NCBI GenBank assembly: GCA_039801885.1
Contig: JBDRVN010000020.1
Span: 1-28,401, forward strand
Direction: 5' to 3'
DNA length: 28,401 nucleotides
Source of the DNA: a candidate division WOR-3 bacterium
GTDB taxonomy: Bacteria; Hydrothermota; Tepidihabitantia; Tepidihabitantales; DTDR01
The notes below the pieces were generated by a model. The model did no database searches and was not told the origin of the DNA. It was given only the letters and a program-made list of their open reading frames with translations. The first letter of the stretch is position 1. Each line of letters begins with the position of its first letter. The position numbers were made by a program, and so were the translations under genes. Positions 18,599 through 26,712 of this stretch are shown one piece after another.

Positions 18599-19969
18599 CA
18601 TTTTTCCTCTTTTTAAAGAAGCAAAAATTCCCCAGAAACACAAGAAAGCAAAAATGAAAAATATCATCCTCATACTTTTCAAAAGCAAAAAGGAATTATT
18701 TTTATCAAAATTTTTTTCTCCAATAACAAAAGCAAAAGTTGAAATAATGATGCCCATACTGAACATTTGTCCCAAAATCCTCATGGTTGCCAAAATTGCT
18801 GAACCAAGTCCGTAGAAATCTTTTTCGATAGAACCCATTATCGCATTCGTATTCGGTGAAGAAAAAAGGGCAAAACCAAATCCTAAAATAAACAACAAGA
18901 TTATCAAAAAGAATATTTTTAAATCTTTGTTGATGAAACTTAATAAAAAAAGCGAAAAGGCAATTAAAGCCATTCCTAATGAAGCAATTATTCTTGGTTC
19001 TTTTCGATCCGAAAGCATTCCTGTAAAGGGCGAAAAGATCGCCATCGTTAATGGCTGGGAAATTAAAATTAAACCCGTTTTTGAGGAATCAAAATTTCTT
19101 AAATATTGAAGATATAAACTTAAAAGAAAGCTGATTCCAAAGGTAGCAGTATAATTAATCATCGCTGCCAAATTAGAAAAGGTAAAAACTGGATTATTTT
19201 TAAAAAGCTTTATATCCAATATTGGCTCAATGATTTTTAATTGATGGCGAATAAAGAGATATAAAAGAAAGAACCCAACAAAAATTAATAAAAAACCAAT
19301 TAATTTAGGTAAAAATGAAAAACCAACCATAACAGGAATAATTGTCAGAGAATATAAAATAAATCCCCAATAATCAAACTTAATAGATTTTATTTCTTTT
19401 TCTTTTATTTTTAATTTTAATATTGTTAAAAAAATAATTATTAAACCAATAATTCCATTAAAAATAAATATACTTCGCCAATTAAAATAGTGAGTTAAAA
19501 TTCCTCCCAAAAAAGGACCAAAAGATAGACCGAAATAAGTTGCCGAAACGTTTATTCCTAATGCCTTACCTCTTTCGCCAATTGGGAAAAACAAAGAGAG
19601 AATAGCAATCGCTGTGCTGAAAATCATCGCTGCTCCAAGACCTTGTAGAAAACGAACAATTAAAAAGAAAAGGGAAGAAAAAGAGAGGCAAGAGAAAAAA
19701 GAGGTAATAGTATAAATAATAATTCCTAACAAAAATATTCTCTTCTTACCATAACCATCAGCAATCTTTCCAAAAGGAGTAAGAAAAATTGCCGAAGATA
19801 AAAGGAAAATAGTCGGTAGCCAGCTTACTAAAATTGGCGACATCCTAAATTCTTTATTAATAGCCGGCAAGGCAATATTTATTGAAGAGCTCATAAAAGG
19901 AATAAGAAATGCTGAAAGGCCAGCGATTAGGGAAACATAAAATTTTAATTCTTTATCTTCTTGATTCAA
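18584..19969 (-). CDS. MFS transporter, 14-TMS DHA2-like efflux family
   Basis: INIALPAI, GKIADGYGKKR (motif A), RFLQGLGAA, GPFLGG, GMLSDR and FSSPNTNAIM; TTG start overlapping the upstream stop. Confidence 0.9.
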   Translation of the reverse strand: MNQEDKELKFYVSLIAGLSAFLIPFMSSSINIALPAINKEFRMSPILVSWLPTIFLLSSAIFLTPFGKIADGYGKKRIFLLGIIIYTITSFFSCLSFSSLFFLIVRFLQGLGAAMIFSTAIAILSLFFPIGERGKALGINVSATYFGLSFGPFLGGILTHYFNWRSIFIFNGIIGLIIIFLTILKLKIKEKEIKSIKFDYWGFILYSLTIIPVMVGFSFLPKLIGFLLIFVGFFLLYLFIRHQLKIIEPILDIKLFKNNPVFTFSNLAAMINYTATFGISFLLSLYLQYLRNFDSSKTGLILISQPLTMAIFSPFTGMLSDRKEPRIIASLGMALIAFSLFLLSFINKDLKIFFLIILLFILGFGFALFSSPNTNAIMGSIEKDFYGLGSAILATMRILGQMFSMGIIISTFAFVIGEKNFDKNNSFLLLKSMRMIFFIFAFLCFWGIFASLKRGKMLKND

Positions 19970-20616
19970 GTTAATTGGTTAATTATTTCGATAGAAGAGG
20001 TAACATAAGCAAAACCATAAGCCAAATTTAATAAACTTGCTAAATGCATCTCTTCATTAATTGTTCCAGTTCCATCCGCCAAAAAGAAAACCCGATAATC
20101 CCGAAAATAAGCATCCCGAGCAGTTGACTCACAGCACATATTAGTCATTATTCCGGAAATCACTAAATCTTCTATTTTTAAACATCTTAATACAGTTTCT
20201 AAATCAGTATTATAAAAAGCTGAATACCGGTGTTTTAACACAACTTTTTCTTTAGGCAAAGGGGCAATTGCTAAATGAATCTCGCTCTCTTCACTTCCTT
20301 CTAAACATTTTCCCTGCCACCACCAACCCATAATTCCTAAATCAAAAAAGGAAGGGTGATGCACATGCTTAGTAAAAATTACTGGTCTTCCAATATTTCT
20401 AAAAGTATCGATTAAATTTTTAATTGTCGGTAAAATCACTAAACCACTTTCAACAAAAGTAGGTGAATCTTCCTTTAAAAAGAAATATTGCATATCAATC
20501 ACTAATAAAGCAACTTTATCTTTTCTTATTTCCATTTTATGAGTATTAAAATCTTTAATTTTTTCTAACCAAATTTCCGTTTTTTCTTTTAATTTCTTTT
20601 CGGTAACATAACCCAT
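19966..20616 (-). CDS. Isochorismatase-family cysteine hydrolase
   Basis: ALLVIDMQ (Asp), KHRYSAF (Lys) and TNMCCESTARDA (Cys) triad. Confidence 0.92.
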   Translation of the reverse strand: MGYVTEKKLKEKTEIWLEKIKDFNTHKMEIRKDKVALLVIDMQYFFLKEDSPTFVESGLVILPTIKNLIDTFRNIGRPVIFTKHVHHPSFFDLGIMGWWWQGKCLEGSEESEIHLAIAPLPKEKVVLKHRYSAFYNTDLETVLRCLKIEDLVISGIMTNMCCESTARDAYFRDYRVFFLADGTGTINEEMHLASLLNLAYGFAYVTSSIEIINQLT

Positions 20617-20619
20617 AAT

Positions 20620-21024
20620 CTACTCCTTTTTTTCATTCAATTCAATTAATACTCCATAAGTGCTTTTGGGATGAATAAAGCTGATAAGATTTCCTTCAGC
20701 CCCTTTCTCCGGTTTATCACTGGTTAATCTTATTCCCTTTTCCTTCAATCTCGCCATTTCTTTTTCTATCTCTTTTATTTCAAAACAAATATGATGGATA
20801 CCACCGCCCCTTTCTTCTAAAAATTTTTTTATTGGCGAATCCTCACTTATCGGTTCAACCAATTCAATCCTTGTTTCACCAATTGGAATAAAGGCTACTT
20901 TTACTTTCCTATCTTTAACTTCTTCAATCTTTTCAATTTTTAAGCCAAGTATTTCCTCATAAAAACTCCTCGCTTCTTCAATATTTTTTACCGCAATAGC
21001 AATATGGGATATTTTTTTTATCAT
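20620..21024 (-). CDS. mce: Methylmalonyl-CoA epimerase
   Basis: ISHIAIAV, RIELVEP, GIHHICF, GAEG...FIHPKSTYGVLIEL; VOC fold; in an operon with the mutase. Confidence 0.92.
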   Translation of the reverse strand: MIKKISHIAIAVKNIEEARSFYEEILGLKIEKIEEVKDRKVKVAFIPIGETRIELVEPISEDSPIKKFLEERGGGIHHICFEIKEIEKEMARLKEKGIRLTSDKPEKGAEGNLISFIHPKSTYGVLIELNEKKE

Positions 21025-21036
21025 TTTAAACCTCCT

Positions 21037-22182
21037 TTATAATAAAGGCAATTCTTTTTTATCTTCAAAAATCTCAATTTCCGGTAAGGTCTTACCGGCA
21101 ATCTGTTTGATTTTCCCATAAAACCGAGCAGCATTATCTAAAATTTTTCTTAATTGTTCTTCTCTCTTTGCCCAAAGAGCTTCCATTTTTCTTCTTTCTT
21201 CTAAATAACTTTTTTGTAATTCCACGAAACCTTCGACAATTGCTAAAAATTGATTTTTAAACTCATTGCTTGTTAAATAATTATACAAAAGTTCCGTTTT
21301 TGTTTCTTTACCTTTTTGAGTTATTTCAATATTATCTATCTCCAAAAGAAAATGTCGTAAAATAAATGATACGGGTTTTAATTCAAAAAAACTGCATATC
21401 CAAACGCCATCTTTAAAGAAAAATTTATCTTCCTTTTCGGGCATAGTCTCCGTCACTAAAACTAAAATATCTGCCTTCATTTCTAAATTATCTTCCCTAA
21501 ATTTTTTTAACCAATCATAATTAAATTCTTTTGTTCTTTTACTCTCATAATAAATTTTACCACATTCTCTTCCTTGATTATTTATTACAATTTGTAAAAC
21601 ATCGGCTCCCTTTTGGCCTTTTTTAATTTCCAATATTTCATCAGTAGGATATAGACTCTTTAAAATCCTTTCTATCTCAATCTCTTGTACCTCTCCTTTC
21701 AATTGAATTGAACCTGCTTCTGCTTTTCTTTTTGCCTCTTCTAATTGATTTTTTAGATCCTCAATAATTTTGTCTTTATCTTTTAATTTTAAAAAAATTT
21801 CTTCTTCTATCTGTTTATGAATTCTCTTCTTTTCTTCGTTTAATCTTTCCGAAAATTTTTTCTCCATCTCTAATTTAATCTTTGCCTCACTCTCTTCTTT
21901 TTCTCTTTTTAATTTTTCCAGCTCTGCCTGTAAAGTATATATTTCTTTAATTTTCTTTGATTTCTCTTCCAATTCAGCTTTTAAAGTTTTTATCAATTCT
22001 TGTTGTTCCTTTTCAATCTCTTCTTTTAAACTCTTTCTCAGCTTCTCCTTTTCTAATAAAATTTTCTCATTTAATTGCTTCTCATAATTGCTTCTAATTC
22101 TTTCTTCAACCTGTTGATACAGAACTTCCCTCACATTAATTTTTGTCTTACAATTTGGACAGATAATAATATTTTCATTCAT
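21037..22182 (-). CDS. DUF2130 coiled-coil protein with a putative nuclease-like C-terminal domain
   Basis: IICPNC N-terminus, long E/K coiled coil, GSIQLKGEVQE, IKKGQKGAD, IYYESKRTK and LYNYLTSNEF. Confidence 0.85.
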   Translation of the reverse strand: MNENIIICPNCKTKINVREVLYQQVEERIRSNYEKQLNEKILLEKEKLRKSLKEEIEKEQQELIKTLKAELEEKSKKIKEIYTLQAELEKLKREKEESEAKIKLEMEKKFSERLNEEKKRIHKQIEEEIFLKLKDKDKIIEDLKNQLEEAKRKAEAGSIQLKGEVQEIEIERILKSLYPTDEILEIKKGQKGADVLQIVINNQGRECGKIYYESKRTKEFNYDWLKKFREDNLEMKADILVLVTETMPEKEDKFFFKDGVWICSFFELKPVSFILRHFLLEIDNIEITQKGKETKTELLYNYLTSNEFKNQFLAIVEGFVELQKSYLEERRKMEALWAKREEQLRKILDNAARFYGKIKQIAGKTLPEIEIFEDKKELPLL

Positions 22183-22207
22183 TGAAAACCTCCTTTAATA
22201 ATTCAGA

Positions 22208-23869
22208 TTAAAAAATTTTTAATTGATACTCACCAAAAACTTCCCGAAAAACATCAGAAATCTCACCCAAGGTAGCGTTATTTCTTACTGCTTCAATAAC
22301 TGCCGGCATAATATTTTCTTCACTTTGTGCTCTTTCTTTTAATTTTTTAAGCGCCTCTTTTAATTTTATTTGGTTGCGATTCTTTTTGTAATCTTCTAAA
22401 TCCTTAATCCTTTTTCTTTCTAATTCTTCATCAATTTTTAAGATTTCGTATTTCTCTTTCTTTTCTTCTTGAAAACAATTTACACCCACAACCTTCCTTT
22501 TGCCGCTTTCTAACTCTTTTTGATATTCATAGGCACTTTCATTTATTTTTTGTTGAATATAACCAATTTCCACTGCTTTTGTTGCACCACCAATTTTTTC
22601 AATCTCATTGATAATCTCTTCTGCTTGTTTTTCAATATCATCAGTTAAACTTTCCAGAAAATAAGAACCAGCCAAAGGATCACAAACATCAGCCACACCA
22701 CTTTCATAAGCTAAAATCTGTTGGGTTCTTAAAGCAACTGTTACTGCCTTTTCTGTTGGCAAAGAAAGGGCTTCATCAAAAGAATTAGTATGAAGACTTT
22801 GGGTGCCCCCGAGAACAGCCGCGAGTGCCTGATAGGCAACCCGGATAATATTATTCTCCGGCTGTTGAGCAGTTAAAGTTACGCCACCAGTTTGGGTATG
22901 AAATCTTAGCCGACAAGCCTCATCATTTGCTTTGTATTTCTCTCTTAAAATTTTTGCCCATAATCTTCTTGCTGCCCGAAATTTTGCCACTTCTTCCAAA
23001 ATATTAGAATGGGCAGCAAAGAAAAAGGAAATTCTTGGAGCAAATTTATTTACATCAACTCCTTTATTAACTACCTCTTTAATATATTCCAAACCATCCG
23101 CCAAAGTAAAAGCAATCTCCTGAACCGCATTTGCGCCTGCTTCTCTAATATGATAACCGGAAACACTTATTGGATTAAACCTTGGCAAATTCTCATTACA
23201 CCAGATAATAATATCACTTACTAATCTCATTGAAGGTCTTGGCGGAAAGATATAACAACCCCGAGCAATATATTCTTTTAAAATATCATTTTGCACGGTA
23301 CCACTGAGATTTTTCAAATCAGCACTTTGCTTTTCTGCCAAGAGATAATACATTGCCAAGATAATACAACAAGTAGCATTAATTGTCATTGAAGTAGAAA
23401 TCTTATTTAAATCAATTCCTTTAAAAAGAACTTCCATATCAGCTAAGGAAGAAATAGCAACGCCAACTTTACCAATTTCACCTTTTGCCCTTGGATGGTC
23501 AGAATCATAACCAAGTTGTGTAGGCAAATCAAAGGCAACAGAAAGTCCTGTCTGACCTCGGGATAAAAGATAATGATATCTTTTATTCGTCTCTTCGGCT
23601 GTACCAAAACCGGCATATTGTCTCATCGTCCATAACCTTGAACGATACATTGTTGGATGAATACCTCTGGTAAAAGGAAACATTCCCGGTAAAGATAATT
23701 TCTCTTCATATTTCTCAACCTCATAATCAAGAGGAGTATAAACCGGTTTTATAGGAATTTTTGAAGACAAACTAAATTCTTTCTCTCTTTCCGGTAATTT
23801 CTTAACAGACTCTTCATATACCTTTTGCCAATTTTTAAGTAATTCTTCTAATCTCTTTTTTTCCATCAT
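22208..23869 (-). CDS. mcmA1: Methylmalonyl-CoA mutase, substrate-binding (large) subunit
   Basis: PFTRG...WTMRQYAGFG (Tyr specificity residue), GLSVAFDLPTQ, SMTINA, QNDILKE, SGYHIREAGA and SLHTNSFDEA; no B12-binding domain. The second ATG (23866) may be the true start. Confidence 0.93.
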   Translation of the reverse strand: MMEKKRLEELLKNWQKVYEESVKKLPEREKEFSLSSKIPIKPVYTPLDYEVEKYEEKLSLPGMFPFTRGIHPTMYRSRLWTMRQYAGFGTAEETNKRYHYLLSRGQTGLSVAFDLPTQLGYDSDHPRAKGEIGKVGVAISSLADMEVLFKGIDLNKISTSMTINATCCIILAMYYLLAEKQSADLKNLSGTVQNDILKEYIARGCYIFPPRPSMRLVSDIIIWCNENLPRFNPISVSGYHIREAGANAVQEIAFTLADGLEYIKEVVNKGVDVNKFAPRISFFFAAHSNILEEVAKFRAARRLWAKILREKYKANDEACRLRFHTQTGGVTLTAQQPENNIIRVAYQALAAVLGGTQSLHTNSFDEALSLPTEKAVTVALRTQQILAYESGVADVCDPLAGSYFLESLTDDIEKQAEEIINEIEKIGGATKAVEIGYIQQKINESAYEYQKELESGKRKVVGVNCFQEEKKEKYEILKIDEELERKRIKDLEDYKKNRNQIKLKEALKKLKERAQSEENIMPAVIEAVRNNATLGEISDVFREVFGEYQLKIF

Positions 23870-23873
23870 TTCA

Positions 23874-23901
23874 ATTATAAAAGATAATTAATTTTTGTCA
23901 A
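23874..23901 (-). promoter_or_regulatory. sigma70-type promoter of the mutase operon (leaderless geometry)
   Basis: Perfect TTGACA (23901-23896), 16-bp spacer, perfect TATAAT (23879-23874); ATGs 4 and 7 nt downstream; no SD. Confidence 0.75.
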
Positions 23902-23956
23902 AAAGATAAAAAATGTAAAAGGATTTAAAAATTGGTATCCCATGCCAAAATTTTTT

Positions 23957-23985
23957 AATCAAAAATTTATTATAAGTCGTTGATT
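23957..23985. promoter_or_regulatory. Two inverted IHF-consensus sites
   Basis: AATCAAAAATTTA (+, 23957-23969) and AATCAACGACTTA (-, 23985-23973) both match WATCAANNNNTTR. Confidence 0.4.
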
Positions 23986-24007
23986 TTCAAATATTTATCT
24001 TAAATTT

Positions 24008-24038
24008 AGTATAAAGATAGGGAACGCCTCTCCCTATC
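24008..24038 (-). terminator. Putative intrinsic terminator
   Basis: 8-bp stem GATAGGGA/TCCCTATC (24016-24038) with a 7-nt loop, followed on the minus strand by TTTATACT; lies downstream of the YVTN gene. Confidence 0.5.
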
Positions 24039-24054
24039 GTCTTCTGTTCGTCTT

Positions 24055-24246
24055 AAAAAGTATGTTAATTATTGTCTTCATAGAAGTTTTATTATTAATT
24101 TTCAAAGGTATGTTATTATCCCGCCTCATAAGCATATTATTATTCATTTTCAAAGGCGTATTGTCAATAATCTTTCAAAAGGTATTATTAATAAACTTCC
24201 TAAGTCTATGGATATTAATCTTCGTAGATATTAGATATTTTATTAA
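24055..24246. repeat. Degenerate 24-nt tandem repeat array, about 8 units
   Basis: Units start at 24055, 24079, 24103, 24127, 24151, 24175, 24199 and 24223; rough consensus CAWAGGYRTRTTATTAWTAATYTT. Confidence 0.7.
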
Positions 24247-24270
24247 TAACTGATATAGAAGGTTAAATTT

Positions 24271-26546
24271 TTATTTTATAATTATAAATTTCTCGTTCTT
24301 CTTTCCGATTTTAATAAAATAGATACCGGTTTTCAGTTTCTTTAAATTTTCTTTTTCCAAAAGTTTTCCGCTCACATCATAAATCTTTGTCTCTTTATTC
24401 TTTATTAAAGAGATAATATTTGAATAGTGTTTTATTTTTCCTTGGGTAATCTCTTTAATTTCTACTGCTTCATCACGAATTATTGAAACACTTGAACCAC
24501 CTTCATTGGCAACATAGATTCTATTTCTCAAAGGATTAAACGCCAAACTTACTGGACTAACACCAACCGGTATTGTTGTTATTACTTCATCAGTTTGACA
24601 ATCAATCACCGAAACATTTTGACTATAAGTATTGGTACAAAAGATTTTATTGGTTATTGGATTATAAAGCATTTTAGTCGGTCGGTCGCCAACATTAATT
24701 GTTTTGATAACACTATCTAAATAACAATCGATTACTGAAATATCGTCACTGTTTCGGTTGGCACAATAGATTTTATTATTTAAAGGATAATAAGTTAAAA
24801 ACCAAGGATAATCACCAACACCAATCTTTTTGATTAATGAATCAGTGAGACAATCAACAATTGCTAAACTATCCCGATAATAATTGGCTGAATAGATTTT
24901 CTTCATTAAAGGATTATAAACTAAATGATAAGGCATTCTACCAACAATAATATCTTTTATTACGGTATCCAAAGAACAGTCAATAACTGCTATTTTATTA
25001 TCACTCCGACAAGCACAATATAATTTATTACTATCGGGAAAATAGGCTAAGGAAATTGGATAATCACCGCAAAGAAATCTTTTGAGAATGCTATCATTAG
25101 CACAATCAATTACCGTGATATCATCGGATAAACGATTAGCGACATAAAGTTTATTATTTTCTCTTACATAAACCATATCAATTGGATAATTACCAACGTA
25201 GAAAGTTTTTAAAACTGTGTCTACGGCACAATCAATTACTGAAAGATAATCGTTCCGGTCGGCACAATATAGTTTATCAACACTTTCGACATACTCAAAC
25301 TTCCAAGGATAAGAACCGTTAGAAATTTTCTTGATTATCCGATTATTGATTCCATCGATTACATAAATCATATTTCCCAAAACGTCAGCCACATAAAGTT
25401 TGTTTCTTAAAGAGTTGTAAAATAAAGCAGTGGGCGAAGAACTAAGATAGATATAACAAAGAGAATCGTTAGTATTACCGTCAATAATTTTAACACCATT
25501 CTTTCCCGGATGAGAAAGATAGAGATGGTTATTAATTGGATTATAAATTCCATAATTATAAAAATAACTGGTATCTATTCTTAAAATAACACTATCATTT
25601 TCACAATCAATAATTCTCATTCCATAATCATCTAAGGAATAAAGAGAATTATTTAATGGATTATAAAAAAGATGATTTGAATAATATCCATTTTCTTGCC
25701 AGATATACTTTATAATTGAGTCTTCGGAACAAGAGATAACTAAAATTAAAGGAGTTTCCTGCCAAAAGTAGCCATAAGAAATATATAATTTATTTAAATT
25801 ATGATTAAAGGCAACATCTATTGGGTATTCTAAGGTATCAATAATAAACTTCACAATTGAATCATTCACACAATCAAGAATTGAGATTGTATCAGAATAA
25901 TGAATTAGATAAAGAAAGTTATTTAATTGGTTATAAAAAATTTTAAAAACATAAGAAGGAATGGGCACTACATTTATAATTGAATCATTTTCGCCATTAA
26001 TTACTAATAGCGAATCGTTATCAAGAGCACAATAGATTTTATTTTCCCTTTCCGCATAGGTAAGGGCATTACAGTAATAAGAGAGAGATAACTGATTGAT
26101 AATCTCATCGTTTACGCCATCAATCACAATCAATTCATCTTCGTAAGAAATATAGATTTTATTATTTTGGGAATTTAAAAGAATATAGTTTGGTCCCCCC
26201 ATTATTAACGGAATTGTCCTGATAACCTGATTATTATTAGCATTAATAATTGTTAAACTACCAACATTTAATGAGTATATTTTATTACTCAACAGGTTAT
26301 AGAGAAGAGCAATAACACCGCCTTCTACCGGAATTTTCTGAATCTTATTTAAACTTCTGCCATCAATCACAATCAAACAATTACCGCTATTTCCGCCAAC
26401 CAAAATTTGATTAAGGACAGGATTATACAAAAGAACGTAAGGATTAATAACTCCGCAGATACTATCTGGCAGATAGATTATTCCTTCCAATTCTTGGGAA
26501 GATAAAATAAGGGGAATAATAAAAAAAACAAAATAATCTTTTTCAT
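24271..26546 (-). CDS. Secreted YVTN/YncE beta-propeller repeat protein with T9SS-like C-terminal domain; frameshifted in the signal peptide
   Basis: About 42-aa repeats [31 protein letters not shown]; C-terminus [10 protein letters not shown]...LKTGIYFIK...KFIIIK. The SD-led ATG at 26546 is out of frame with ORF 24271-26490 by one base at a T8 run. Confidence 0.85.
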
Positions 26547-26574
26547 AAACCCCTCCTTTCTCTTTATTTTTTAA

Positions 26575-26603
26575 AGTATAGAACTAAATTTTTAAAAAAT
26601 CAA
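26575..26603 (-). promoter_or_regulatory. sigma70-type promoter of the YVTN gene
   Basis: TTGATT (26603-26598), 17-bp spacer, TATACT (26580-26575), then a short leader with SD AAGGAGG before ATG 26546. Confidence 0.55.
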
Positions 26604-26667
26604 TATTGCTTATTATTCTACACTATCTCCTATATAACTCCCTATAATAATCTGGTTAATATATATT

Positions 26668-26697
26668 ATTACGAAAAAGAAGGGACAAAGGTTACCA
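26668..26697 (-). promoter_or_regulatory. Putative ECF-sigma promoter (TGGTAAC-N17-CGTAAT)
   Basis: Same architecture as 65-94, including the CTTT after the -35 and CTTCTT in the spacer. Confidence 0.5.
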
Positions 26698-26712
26698 GAA
26701 AATTTATTATAA

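Noticed and set aside
23930..23948. Functional sigma54 promoter for the mutase operon
   Set aside because: The -24 TTGGCATG is present but the -12 position reads ACCA, not TTGC; a perfect sigma70 promoter lies closer.
24055..24246. Possible CRISPR array (AT-rich leader with IHF sites followed by repeats)
   Set aside because: Units are contiguous degenerate 24-mers with no identical repeats or unique spacers, and there are no cas genes in the window.
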